Part shown: piece by piece, positions 1 through 10,275 of the stretch
Position numbering within the stretch: position 1 is the first letter of the stretch
How the letters are laid out: each line of letters opens with the position of its first letter
Source: Candidatus Thorarchaeota archaeon
GTDB lineage: Archaea; Asgardarchaeota; Thorarchaeia; Thorarchaeales; Thorarchaeaceae
Assembly (NCBI GenBank): GCA_029855935.1
Contig: JAGSHN010000023.1
Coordinates: forward strand, 1 to 64,000
Length of the DNA stretch: 64,000 bases
Direction: 5' to 3'
Notes under the pieces: generated by a model
Told to the model about the DNA's origin: nothing
Databases searched by the model: none
Seen by the model: only the letters and a program-made list of their open reading frames with translations
Position numbers and translations under genes: made by a program

Positions 1-72
1 AGGTCCCCCGAGGACTGCTTGCAGATTCTGTCGCGTGGGTGACACCATCCCGTGGTCTGTGATTGTGACGAG

Positions 73-2427
73 CTAGGCGCCGCGGCGCTTTCTTAGTACG
101 AACACCACCACAAGAGCGACTGCCACTGCTGCAGCCCCAGCTGCTACAAGCAACAGGGCGCCTCCGCCGGCAGGCGAGATGGTTGTAGTACCGGTCTCAG
201 TGGTCGTCGTGGTGGTCGGAGGCGTGGTAGCGGTTGACGTTGTCGTGTTGGTGGTCGTCGTCGGGGTTGTGGCTGCCACGACCTGATACTGGAAGTAGTC
301 AGTGCCGTTGAGGAGTGTTGTGACCTTCCCGTAGCTGTCCTGCGCCGAGACGTAGAACTCGACGAGCGAGTCCAGCGGCTGGGCTGGTATGGAGGCAGTA
401 TATTCTGACTCAATCTCTACCATGGTGACGTTTGTCCACGCGCCACCATCGACCCTGTAGTGCAGCATCACGGTCTCCAGATTGGGATCGTACGCGGAGA
501 CGTTGACCCACACGGTGTTGTCGGGAGTGGGCCTCGAGGGATCGAATGTGAGGTTCTCAAGGGTCGGGGCGGGGTCCTCGTAGATGTACAGGTCATCCAG
601 CAGGAGCGTCACGTTTCCGTCAGAGTCGGAGTAGGCGGTCAGGTATATGCCGCTTATCGTTGTGTTAGGATCGGTACCAAAGACTGTCTTGTAGTCCTTG
701 TAGATGTCACGTTGGGCATTGTGCCATCCGTCAGTCATTCCGGCCGAGTCGACCATCAGGTAGCCATCGCAGCCGCCGGTACGCGCTGCATCGGAGCCAT
801 TGCCCATCACGTAGCCGAGAATGAACTCATCTGTGTAGACCGAGAGTATCACCACATCATCGGTGAGGTTGGTGAACTCCCACAGCCACCAGTTCCAGTC
901 TATGAACAGCTCGGTACGGTTGTTGAGCTCCAACTCACCGAAGGACTGCATCTCCGAGAACGAGTCGCCGCCTGTGACCGTGAGGTTGAGGGCCTTCTCA
1001 CCGCTCACAGACACATTCGTCACTGTGAGATGGGGATTCTGGAGAATGCTGCCCCCGCTCCAGGCGGTGGCCATCTCTCCGACGGGCGGCTGGTCCTCAA
1101 AGTCGGGGTCGTTGGTGGTGGGTGCCACGAGGGCTAGGTTGTCGATGAGCAGTACAATCCTCGCATTGTGCTGAATGGCGTAGGTCCTGAACTCTATCCT
1201 GCGGATGTACAGTTCCTCGGTGATGTTGAATCTTCTCAAGTCGTGGAAGAGATCAATCTGCACATAGTGCCACGCGCCGGTATGGTTGGCATTGTCGACG
1301 AACTGGCTGACAGCGCCCCCGCCGGGACCAGCCAGCGAATCACCATAGGCAAAGTAGTAGAACATCGTGAAGTCCTCGCCAGTGCGATTCTCGTACGTGA
1401 TCATCATATAGGCGCCGACCATTTTGGACACAGGCTGGTAGTCTTCCAGCCTCCAGTTGAGGGAGAGATACCCTGGATTCGTGTTGGTCAACAGTTTACC
1501 AGGATAGACGTTCCAATACGCCAGGCTGCTGTTTCCGTTGGACAGAGTCGTCAGATTCATACTCCAAGAGCCGCCTGCGCTCAGGCTGCTCTGCGAGATT
1601 GTGCTCGGATCCGAGTTGGACCAGTACCACGCAGAGCCGGTACCGCCCGGCTCAAAATCACCGAAGTTCTGTGAACCACCAATCTTCACAAGCGTGCCGT
1701 TCGCAAGGTACACGTCATCGATGAAACTTCTCACGTACGTGGCCGTCACGCCGACCAAGTAGATGTGGAACAAGCGGAACTCCGTCGACGGCTCACCAAA
1801 GACATCAATGTAGTCCTGAGTCACGTTCCTTGACATTGTAAGCCACTGACCAACAGGACTGTTGAGAACAATGTAGCCGTGGTACGTGTCGTTGGAGCTG
1901 CTTGTCGTTCCAGCAAGGTAATAGTACATAGTCCGATGCGGTGACCCCATCTCCACCTGCACGTATAGGGCGTCGCCGTCACCGGGTGCAGGAATCTGGT
2001 CGATATAGTAGTTCATCCTAAGAGTGACATTGGTCGCTCCTGACCAATATGCCCACGACTGTTGGGTGACTCTGAACTCCGCATGGCGCAGGGGATCCAG
2101 CGTACGCACCTGCATCCCCAGCGACTGGGTGCCGTTCTTCACTGGCCACGGAGACTTGGCATACCACCCAAACTTCTCCGTTGAGCGGTAGGCCAACCCA
2201 TCTGATGGGGTGTGAGCATTATCCCAGGACTCCATATCACCATACGGAATCTGGTTTGTCTGCCACGTGACCCTGTCAAGGTCGATCACAGCCGGCCTTG
2301 GGGTCGCCTCGGGATTGCCGTTCATTGGATGGGTCGCAGTCTGAGGCTGCACTGTGCCAAGAGGTTGTACGGCAAGAACGAGTGTCAGAAGAAACGCGAT
2401 AGCTATACGACGAACCACGGACGACAT
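73..2427 (-). CDS. Large membrane-anchored extracellular protein with ~3 repeated beta-sandwich (CBM-like) modules, Thr-rich linker, C-terminal TM and basic tail
   Basis: ORF 73..2493. The likely start is MSSVVRRIAIAFLLTLVLA (signal peptide) at 2427. Recurring DFE..W / W..xxRD / L.DD.YL units; TTPTTTTNTTT linker; LLLVAAGAAAVAVALVVVFVL-RKRR tail. Confidence 0.75.
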   Translation of the reverse strand: MSSVVRRIAIAFLLTLVLAVQPLGTVQPQTATHPMNGNPEATPRPAVIDLDRVTWQTNQIPYGDMESWDNAHTPSDGLAYRSTEKFGWYAKSPWPVKNGTQSLGMQVRTLDPLRHAEFRVTQQSWAYWSGATNVTLRMNYYIDQIPAPGDGDALYVQVEMGSPHRTMYYYLAGTTSSSNDTYHGYIVLNSPVGQWLTMSRNVTQDYIDVFGEPSTEFRLFHIYLVGVTATYVRSFIDDVYLANGTLVKIGGSQNFGDFEPGGTGSAWYWSNSDPSTISQSSLSAGGSWSMNLTTLSNGNSSLAYWNVYPGKLLTNTNPGYLSLNWRLEDYQPVSKMVGAYMMITYENRTGEDFTMFYYFAYGDSLAGPGGGAVSQFVDNANHTGAWHYVQIDLFHDLRRFNITEELYIRRIEFRTYAIQHNARIVLLIDNLALVAPTTNDPDFEDQPPVGEMATAWSGGSILQNPHLTVTNVSVSGEKALNLTVTGGDSFSEMQSFGELELNNRTELFIDWNWWLWEFTNLTDDVVILSVYTDEFILGYVMGNGSDAARTGGCDGYLMVDSAGMTDGWHNAQRDIYKDYKTVFGTDPNTTISGIYLTAYSDSDGNVTLLLDDLYIYEDPAPTLENLTFDPSRPTPDNTVWVNVSAYDPNLETVMLHYRVDGGAWTNVTMVEIESEYTASIPAQPLDSLVEFYVSAQDSYGKVTTLLNGTDYFQYQVVAATTPTTTTNTTTSTATTPPTTTTTTETGTTTISPAGGGALLLVAAGAAAVAVALVVVFVLRKRRGA

Positions 2428-2706
2428 CTGTCTCATCTCTCTGCTGTTCTCTCTTTGTTCGGGAAAGGCAAAGTGCGGATGTCTGGAGAACATAATAAGC
2501 TTGAGGTGTCACCTGAGAATCGTTGCATTTCGAGAGGCCGCACGACGTGAATGAACAGCTCAATCCGCGCAAGACCCAGAACTATTGTCGGCCAACACAA
2601 CTACCCGAGCTCCGCAGAATTCTTTATCAGAACTGCTCTCCCAATGTGGGTGTCCCAGTAGTTCCCTTGGCAGTGATGAGGATGGAGAAATGACGACTCT
2701 ACCCAC

Positions 2707-3714
2707 GTGGAGGAGGAAAGCTTGAGCCCGATAGAACAATGCGCGGAAGCTCTGCGCGCGTACCTGCGTGGGGAGCGAGTATGGACCTACGACGAGATCG
2801 ACCCAAGTCCCAGAGTGCTCTGCCTTGCACTGACGGCCCTCCTTCCCGTCAGCATTCTTGCTCTCCTCGTCTTCTCTATGACAGACATCGGACGCCCAGC
2901 GCCCCTCGTGCCCCTCGCAGTGTTCACAACTCCGTGGGTTGTGGCCATCACTGCTGTTGCGAGAAATGCGTATCGGAGCAGACAGATGGCGCTGTCGATG
3001 GGCGTGAGAGGCATTGACAGGCTCGGCCTGTCGGCAGTTCTGCAGTTCCTGGATATGCTGACCAACTGTGTTCCTCAAGTGGGAAGAATTGAGGGCCACC
3101 AGCCCCCCGAGACCCGGACGGGTACTGGTTTTGACACCATTGCCTTGTACGTCAGGCGGCTGCTCCCGGAACTGGGAGAGCAGTGGTACTCGGCAATCAT
3201 ATCAAGCATGTCCGGGATAGAGGGTAGGAGATCTGTGGTTGCCGGCGCGGCCCTCCTGGTGATTGCGGCGGTGGCAGGCGCCGTAGCGAGGCTGTTTCCT
3301 CTCATCATCACCACCTATCCCCTGCCCAGCGAGGTCTACATGTGGGTCGTCGTGGGCCTCTTTCTCGTGATGGTCATTGGGACATTGCTGCTGGTCTATG
3401 GCCTACGAAGACAGAAAGCACTCGAGACCCTGCAAGACGTTGAGACACGCCTCGCCTCACCGACTCTCGAGGAGATGAATCGATCCACAATACAGGCGGT
3501 CATCAACCTAGTTCGTGACGAGGCGCTATGCCCAGTCCGAGCGTTCCTGTTGGCTGAGTACCCGGGGACAGTCCGGACTCAGAAGACTCTTGTGACATCG
3601 AGGGGCTACATGCTGCACGAGACTCTGGTCATTCCGCGGAGCATGGAGGATGTTGCGGAGGTCGCCTTTGGCGCCCTAGGCGAACAGCTGGACCCGTTCA
3701 GGCAGCCGACCTAG
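2707..3714 (+). CDS. Hypothetical membrane protein (~4 TM)
   Basis: 335-aa ORF with two pairs of hydrophobic helices; no family motif recognised. Confidence 0.65.
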   Translation: MEEESLSPIEQCAEALRAYLRGERVWTYDEIDPSPRVLCLALTALLPVSILALLVFSMTDIGRPAPLVPLAVFTTPWVVAITAVARNAYRSRQMALSMGVRGIDRLGLSAVLQFLDMLTNCVPQVGRIEGHQPPETRTGTGFDTIALYVRRLLPELGEQWYSAIISSMSGIEGRRSVVAGAALLVIAAVAGAVARLFPLIITTYPLPSEVYMWVVVGLFLVMVIGTLLLVYGLRRQKALETLQDVETRLASPTLEEMNRSTIQAVINLVRDEALCPVRAFLLAEYPGTVRTQKTLVTSRGYMLHETLVIPRSMEDVAEVAFGALGEQLDPFRQPT

Positions 3715-3746
3715 ACACGCAAGGCGGCGTCGGGTCGCGTCAATGC

Positions 3747-5123
3747 CTACGCATAGATGCCTGAGGTGGCGATGATCAACCAAGACAGTAACAGCAACAT
3801 CAGGTGATATCCCACGATTGACTTGATGTCCCCTGCGCGGGTACTGGGGAACAGAGCCTGACTGTAGAACTCTACCTGATAGTCGTTGAAGAACCCTGAG
3901 TCCCTGAGCGCTGTCGGGAGGGTACGACGCATCTGTTCTTGTTGCACGAATCCCTTGTACCAGAGGACCGAGAATCCTGCGCTTGCGACCAAGGCAGCAG
4001 CCACGACAACGATGGCATTGTGGGCCGCGTAGGAGGTCATCACGGCAATGAGAGCGGCCAGACCGTAGATCCACGCCAAGAATGAGATTGTCCTCCACGC
4101 AAAGCTCAGGTCCCTGTAGAATGGCATCGAACGAGCAACGACCGTGGCAACGCCCAGACGGAACGCAGCAGGCTCGCTGATGTCGCACGATCGAATCTTC
4201 AGCGTCCGGTCTGTCACGTAATCGTAGAAGAGGCGATACTGTGGAAACTTCGTGCGACGGAACTTGACCTCAATGTCATCGAACTCGCCGTTCTCCTCGC
4301 TGAGTACCTCTCTGAACGGTGATGAGAAGAAGACCCTCCTGAACGCCTCCGTCAGAGCCTCAGATACCGCAGCGTATTTTCCACCGTGCAGTCCCCTAGT
4401 GCATTCGTTCTCACCCACCGGATAATGGGCTTTGCAGTAGAAGAACAGGCCTACTATAGCGACCACAAGAAACAACGTGACGGGAATCGTGTTGTCCGAC
4501 GGGGAGAGAAGCGCCACCAATGCTACTATGCCGATGCAGGTTGAGAAGATGATTATGAGCGACTGAACCCCCAGTCCGAGAGGAGATAATGCGTACTCAC
4601 TGGGATCGTACTCTGTCACGCAGTCGATGTCTGCCATCTCGCGGGCCAGGCGAAGGACCAGTCGAGGTCGCCGTGTGATGACAAGGTACCCAAGCACGAA
4701 CCCGAACAAGACGTCTAGGCCCTCGAAAAGAGAAGATAACTGCAGTGCCAGATCCCTGTTGACCAACCCGACGGGGAGAAGAACCAGAGGAAAGAACACA
4801 ACCAGCAACACTGCCATACTCACGTAGAGCCTCGGTCTTGTTGCTAGCAGCCAGTCTATGGATCTCCACGAGGGGCTGAGAAGATAGCGGCCCACGACTC
4901 TTCTCAGCTCTGCCTCGTTCCTGGCCAAGACCGTGAGATGATTCTCTGTCCCAGTGAGGTGTGCTGGCGTGTCAGCATCCGGGTCAAGTATGACCTCGAT
5001 GCGCTCCGGCGGAGGTACCCCTCTCTTATTGAAGGCCTTCTCGACAATCTCCGTTGCCTGCTCTGCGGTGATGGGCTCTGCAAGGACCCCCACAGTGTCA
5101 TCAGTGTCCAATTCAAGACTCAC
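3747..5123 (-). CDS. Hypothetical multi-pass membrane protein
   Basis: 458-aa ORF with ~7 hydrophobic segments, convergent with the previous gene. Confidence 0.7.
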   Translation of the reverse strand: MSLELDTDDTVGVLAEPITAEQATEIVEKAFNKRGVPPPERIEVILDPDADTPAHLTGTENHLTVLARNEAELRRVVGRYLLSPSWRSIDWLLATRPRLYVSMAVLLVVFFPLVLLPVGLVNRDLALQLSSLFEGLDVLFGFVLGYLVITRRPRLVLRLAREMADIDCVTEYDPSEYALSPLGLGVQSLIIIFSTCIGIVALVALLSPSDNTIPVTLFLVVAIVGLFFYCKAHYPVGENECTRGLHGGKYAAVSEALTEAFRRVFFSSPFREVLSEENGEFDDIEVKFRRTKFPQYRLFYDYVTDRTLKIRSCDISEPAAFRLGVATVVARSMPFYRDLSFAWRTISFLAWIYGLAALIAVMTSYAAHNAIVVVAAALVASAGFSVLWYKGFVQQEQMRRTLPTALRDSGFFNDYQVEFYSQALFPSTRAGDIKSIVGYHLMLLLLSWLIIATSGIYA

Positions 5124-5426
5124 TCCGAAGGCTCATGGATATGAGAACAGGGGGTGGACTCCAGATCACACTAGGCTGTGCCTTGGCAAGATATCTCTCC
5201 CCACGAGAACCCGTGTCATTCAGTAGAACACCGCTCCTTGAGACCATCCTCGTATCTTGGCTGATATATCTTGTCCTCATCACCGCCTTACGATAAGGAA
5301 CACCGCTGCCCAGCCGAAAGGAGAAACAGATTGACATGAGACTATCTCGCCACGGATCATCTCTTGTGCTTGCCACACCGAAACCAGATGCTCTGCAACA
5401 CGGCCTCTAGGGCCCACTTGGGAGGT

Positions 5427-6023
5427 TCAGTCACGGGGAATGGCATCAGCCAGTGACGGAGAGTCTGTGTCCTCGGCGGGGGCAGACGAACGGGCAGTTG
5501 TTGGAACTGACGGCCAGCTCTCGCACGCGCAGACTTTTCGCACTTCGAATTCCCATCCGTTCCTATCTGCAATCTCCCTCATCGCAGCCTTGTGGGCTGC
5601 GCCCATTACTAGGACGAAGGTGCCGTACTGAATGAATTTCAGGAGACGCTCCACTCTGCGCTCCCGCAGCCTGCTCCGCGTCTCATCGGTGAGTCCGACC
5701 CTGTTGAAGACCTCGTACTCTGCATCGGTGAGGTCCCATCCGAACATGTTCAGCACACACCTCTTCCCTCCCTCCTCCTGGAGCAGGTCCTCCATCAACC
5801 AGTTATAGGACTTGGCGAGGAAGACATCGTGCGGGTCTGGCTCCCTGCCAGCTCTATAGCTGTCCCTGAGGGGTCTAAGTCGTTCGTCGCTTATCTCCAG
5901 CAGTATCTTATGAGGACAAGTGACCAGCCAGTGAGCGACCATCGCATTGCAGTACTTCCCGTCTACGGGCTCGACGTTGTAATGGTCGTGCAGGGGGACG
6001 TAGATTATCCGGAGGTCAGGCAT
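5427..6023 (-). CDS. Hypothetical protein, possibly TraB/GumN(TIKI)/ChaN-like fold
   Basis: 198 aa; N-terminal strand ending in PLHDH, ILLE, and a C-terminal R...FVLVMGAAH resembling the vvvGaaH motif of that superfamily. Family assignment is weak. Confidence 0.5.
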   Translation of the reverse strand: MPDLRIIYVPLHDHYNVEPVDGKYCNAMVAHWLVTCPHKILLEISDERLRPLRDSYRAGREPDPHDVFLAKSYNWLMEDLLQEEGGKRCVLNMFGWDLTDAEYEVFNRVGLTDETRSRLRERRVERLLKFIQYGTFVLVMGAAHKAAMREIADRNGWEFEVRKVCACESWPSVPTTARSSAPAEDTDSPSLADAIPRD

Positions 6024-6065
6024 CGTCCTGCGTGAACTCTGAGGGACAACGCACTTTTGTCTTTC

Positions 6066-7136
6066 TCACACTATTGAGGCTGCTATCGACAGCGACCATT
6101 CTGATGACAGCCAGTCAACCCACAAGACTGGACTTGATCTCAGAGTACGGCCGGCGGCTGAAGGGCACACCTTGACACAGATCGTGCAGCCGTAGTTCTC
6201 AAGAAAGTAGGGAAAGCATCTGTTTCTGTCGATGTGTGTGACTCGGTCCCCGCTGACCACAGGCTCCTCAAGGATTGCCTCAACAGGACAGTCACGGATG
6301 CATCTCCCACAACGCTCGCAGTATTCTTGAATCCACCTGTGTCGACCATCGTCAGCGAATCGCAGGTCTTCCGCACTCGTGAACACTGTAGCCAGACGTA
6401 CGCGCGGTCCGAGCTCTGGGGTGATCAACAGTCCGTGGCGACCGACCCAACCCAGGCCAGCGAGCTGAGCAAAGGGCGGATACAGGACCAGACCGCCAAG
6501 GGGATGGCTCGCCTGGCCAGCGAGACCGTTGGAGCGAAGGAACTCAGCGAGCCTGTTTGCTGCAATACCGAGCCTGTCGTAGGTCTCAAGGATCATTCTT
6601 GCGGTCTCGGCACTCGGTGCCATCTCGATTCTCCCACGGTCCATCTCCATAGCCAGCACAATTGCGTTTGTGCACAGAACGCCCATTCCACGAAAGATGG
6701 GACGCCTCGGTAGCCTTGTGTGCCCCACAATCGTCACGCCGAACGACCGTAGGAGTCCCAACGTCCTCTGCTTGAGTTCCTCCGACATCTCGGTGACAGG
6801 ACTCTCGGGATTCGTGGCAATCGACTCGACCGCTATGCGCTTGTTCCTCAGCAGGGACATGAGTCGATGAAGTCCGAACGCTATACTGATTGTCAGGTCC
6901 GTTCGTGAAGAGGCCATCTCCGCCATACCGAGCGGAATGTCGAATCGTGATGGAGAGCTCTCAAGGGATGTGATGGCACCGGGAAGACGTGACGTGCTCA
7001 GGTCGAGCTCGACGGCACGTCTCATTCGCGGCATACCAACCCGGGCCAGCATTACCCGAAACAGCCTGTCCCGCAGCCTCACATTCGCCATCCGGCTGGG
7101 GAAGTTGCGCAGCCGGGTAAGGGCCGCATCACGCAA
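6066..7136 (-). CDS. Epoxyqueuosine reductase (QueG)/reductive dehalogenase-like 2x[4Fe-4S] protein; apparent 1-nt frameshift near the C-terminus
   Basis: AGLGWVGRHGLLITPELGPRVRLATVFT motif; CERCGRCIRDCP and C...CTICVKVCP ferredoxin motifs. Confidence 0.85.
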   Translation of the reverse strand: MRDAALTRLRNFPSRMANVRLRDRLFRVMLARVGMPRMRRAVELDLSTSRLPGAITSLESSPSRFDIPLGMAEMASSRTDLTISIAFGLHRLMSLLRNKRIAVESIATNPESPVTEMSEELKQRTLGLLRSFGVTIVGHTRLPRRPIFRGMGVLCTNAIVLAMEMDRGRIEMAPSAETARMILETYDRLGIAANRLAEFLRSNGLAGQASHPLGGLVLYPPFAQLAGLGWVGRHGLLITPELGPRVRLATVFTSAEDLRFADDGRHRWIQEYCERCGRCIRDCPVEAILEEPVVSGDRVTHIDRNRCFPYFLENYGCTICVKVCPSAAGRTLRSSPVLWVDWLSSEWSLSIAASIV

Positions 7137-7294
7137 TATCAGTCTTCAACAGACGGTTGCTGCGACACACCGAGCTGATTGACCCCGTGCCAGGCCTGAT
7201 GACCCAACTCGTTGGTGAGGCGGGGCGTGCAGTGCCTTGGCTGAGACAAGAACGGAGGCAGAGCATCTCAAGACGTGACTCAACCCGTTCAGGA

Positions 7295-8473
7295 CTAGTC
7301 CTTCCAAATCACAACCAGTTGCATCTCATTCAGGTCATACCATTCTTGAGTCTGTGAGATGACTATGACCGCAGGGCGTAGTTGCTCACCAGCCCGTATA
7401 CGCATCAATGCGGGAGAATGAGGGTCTTTGAGACCAGAGTAGAGCAGCTCACACGTTAGCTCACCTGTCTGATCATTGACCAGTACGAAGATCGAACCTC
7501 CCAGTGACGACAGTACTATGTCCTCATCCCCGTCTTCATCGAAGTCTCCTGAGGTCACTCCGGTCACGGCGAGGCCACCGTACTCAACTGACGTGACAGG
7601 CTCATCTGTTCCCGACACAACAGAGAAGAACACAAGTGCTCCTCTGTGATAGGCCTGATTTGATGCTACTCCAACGTCCTTGATGCCATCGCCATCAATG
7701 TCTGCCACCGTCAACCACGGGAATTCATTCGGTCCGACGTACTGAGAGACATTAGTCCAGAACCATAGTCCGCGAGTGGGCGATACCACGGTCAGATTGT
7801 CATCGTATTGCACAACTATTATCTCACTCCAACCGTCTCCGTCCAAGTCCTCTGTAATGGCACTGTGTGGAATCTCTGACAATGAATAGTGAACTGTAGG
7901 GACAAAGGCCCCGGTCTCATTCTGAGAGAGCACATCAATACTGTAGTCAGACGCGAGTCCAACACTGGTCACGGATGCGTTGCCGGAGTGGAATGGAAAT
8001 ATCCCGCGAGATCCCGGGAGGGACCACTCAGAGAAATTGTGGTATTCCCTATGAGCGAACCCACCGGCCCCATCGTTGAATGCGACAAACACTGGATTCA
8101 CACTCGCAGCACGTGCCGAGAACACGTCCACGAATCCGTCAGCATTGAAGTCCCCCAACACGAAACCCCTCCCGAAGTTGTCTTCTATGAAACCAGTGGC
8201 GATGACCTTTGGATTCTCAAACCCGCCTGTTCTGTTCTGGAATACAACCTCCAGTGTAGAGAACCCTGCAACGATGACATCGTCAAGGCCGTCCCCATTC
8301 AGGTCTGCAACATCAAGATCAGTATACACGAGTCCCCTCCCCAGAGGGACTGTATGACTCGGACGACGAGAGGCCGCAAAGTATGTGAGATATACCCAAC
8401 TAACCAGCGAAACGATGAGCACGGTACAGACTAACAGCGCCGCAACAGTTCGGGTTCTTCCGGTCACAAACAC
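7295..8473 (-). CDS. FG-GAP/VCBS-repeat beta-propeller protein with N-terminal membrane anchor
   Basis: Repeats DLNGDGLDD, DFNADGFVD, DLDGDGWSE, DIDGDGIKD, DFDEDGDED; N-terminal TM. Confidence 0.85.
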   Translation of the reverse strand: MFVTGRTRTVAALLVCTVLIVSLVSWVYLTYFAASRRPSHTVPLGRGLVYTDLDVADLNGDGLDDVIVAGFSTLEVVFQNRTGGFENPKVIATGFIEDNFGRGFVLGDFNADGFVDVFSARAASVNPVFVAFNDGAGGFAHREYHNFSEWSLPGSRGIFPFHSGNASVTSVGLASDYSIDVLSQNETGAFVPTVHYSLSEIPHSAITEDLDGDGWSEIIVVQYDDNLTVVSPTRGLWFWTNVSQYVGPNEFPWLTVADIDGDGIKDVGVASNQAYHRGALVFFSVVSGTDEPVTSVEYGGLAVTGVTSGDFDEDGDEDIVLSSLGGSIFVLVNDQTGELTCELLYSGLKDPHSPALMRIRAGEQLRPAVIVISQTQEWYDLNEMQLVVIWKD

Positions 8474-8733
8474 TCATACACCATCCTGTGCACATTGGTC
8501 CTCAGACATAAATTGGTGTCGTACATTCTTGCAGACAGTCGGCACCCACATTGTCAACAATTGCATCGTGAGTAGTAGAGTGTTCGCACACATTGGACAG
8601 GGTACCACTCACTTCGTGGCCAGCTGTTCGTCTCTCCGATAGCGGCAAGGTTAATAGCCACCTGATACACGATAGTCTCGAAAGGGAGGACAGGACGTGG
8701 TAGACAATAGATTCGAACAGAAGAGCAAGATAC

Positions 8734-9135
8734 ATGGTGAAACTTGCACACGCCCGTGACCGACTGAATCTTGCCCGTACCTGGCTTGAGGAACCAGACC
8801 TACTCGATGACCAAAGAACAATCCTGGCAATCGAGAAGGCGGCTCAAGAGGCGATAGAGTCTACAACCGACATTCTGTCAATGCTACTGAGAGACAGCTC
8901 ACAACCACCACTGGATGATCACACCAATATTGATAGAGCAGTAGAGTTGGGTGTCTTTGATTCCCAGGCAGGAAGAGCAATGCACGAGGCAAACGGGCTG
9001 AGAAACAGACTTGTCCATTCATACAACGGGATTGACGTGCCACTGATGCTTGAGAGTATCGGAAGACTGATTCCGGAGATTGAGAAGTGTCTGGAGATGA
9101 TAGAGAAGTGGTTGCGCCAGAGATCGATGATCTGA
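8734..9135 (+). CDS. hepT: HEPN/DUF86 ribonuclease toxin (HepT-like)
   Basis: RNRLVHSY matches the RX4HXY motif; adjacent to an MNT gene. Confidence 0.85.
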   Translation: MVKLAHARDRLNLARTWLEEPDLLDDQRTILAIEKAAQEAIESTTDILSMLLRDSSQPPLDDHTNIDRAVELGVFDSQAGRAMHEANGLRNRLVHSYNGIDVPLMLESIGRLIPEIEKCLEMIEKWLRQRSMI

Positions 9136-9488
9136 GAGCCGAACTGGGATGGATAATAGAGATTCCCGGTGTTGAAGCAGTTCTCCTCTTTGGCTCAAGA
9201 ACCAACGGCGCGAATAGCCCAGAGAGCGATATCGATGTGTGTGTAGTTGCCCCAAGAGTCACCGAACCAAAGGAGAAATCCACACTTCTGGGAAGACTTT
9301 GGCAACGACTCAATCCGGACATCTATGATGTGTGGCTGTTTGAAGAACTACCACTCTACATGAAGATGAGCGTGATAACAAGGCACGTCATTATTGCCTG
9401 TAGAGATGTTCCTGCTCTCTTTGAGTACTTCTACAGATTTCGCAAGATCTGGGCCGACCAAGCACACAGGCAGATTGTCACGTTCTAG
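9087..9488 (+). CDS. mntA: Minimal nucleotidyltransferase antitoxin (MntA-like)
   Basis: LFGS-RTNGANSPES-DID matches GSX10DXD; overlaps the HEPN gene. The true start may be slightly downstream. Confidence 0.85.
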   Translation: MSGDDREVVAPEIDDLRAELGWIIEIPGVEAVLLFGSRTNGANSPESDIDVCVVAPRVTEPKEKSTLLGRLWQRLNPDIYDVWLFEELPLYMKMSVITRHVIIACRDVPALFEYFYRFRKIWADQAHRQIVTF

Positions 9489-10275
9489 CTCACCGGGTCA
9501 CAGGCTCAGAACAGAGGTATCTGTACGGGATGCTCCTAGAGGGGACTCCATTACGTATCCCTTGAATACCAGTGACAGAGTCGGGGACCATGAGATCTCC
9601 ATAGCGCTGCGCTATGGTCGGATGTGCCCCCTCACGAAGAGTGATTCTATTCTTGTCTGGACCCCACAGCACAGAGACAACACATTGATTCTTCGGGATC
9701 CAATTTGCTCCTCCCCTGTGGTTCTGCCTGGTCGTTGGCAGTTCTAGAGGAGTTGGATGTTTCTGGACGAATCACCGTGGGCGGCTATGTGCTCCATCTC
9801 AGAACGATACTGAGGCAGCAAGAGGGAGAGTGGTGCTCATCCACATCTTCTCAAGACGATGGATGAAAAAGACCCAGGCGAGGTATTGTTTGGAGCCCTG
9901 CTGATAGCTCTTGTCGCCGGAATGCTACTGCTCAGTCCTCCCGAGCCTCGGCTCCATACTGACTAGGCAACCCTCGCGATGACCTTTGCCATAACAATCG
10001 GCGTCATACCCATTGCAAACGGGAAGAACAAGCGGAGACAGGCGAGAGATAGAGCCGAATACTCTGCGTGAACAGGCCAACGATGTGGCACGCAGTGTCT
10101 CTCCGCGTGGTGCGAATCGTAAGAATGGTTAGAGAGTTAACCCTTGGCGCACTGACGGTACGTCTGAGAGAATACGATTGCAGTACGCTAGCTGACTCAT
10201 CAAGTGGAATATGAGGAAAAAGAGAGGGAGGAGGACGCCCGATACCTCGGACGCCCTCGCCCATGGGCCGCAGAC

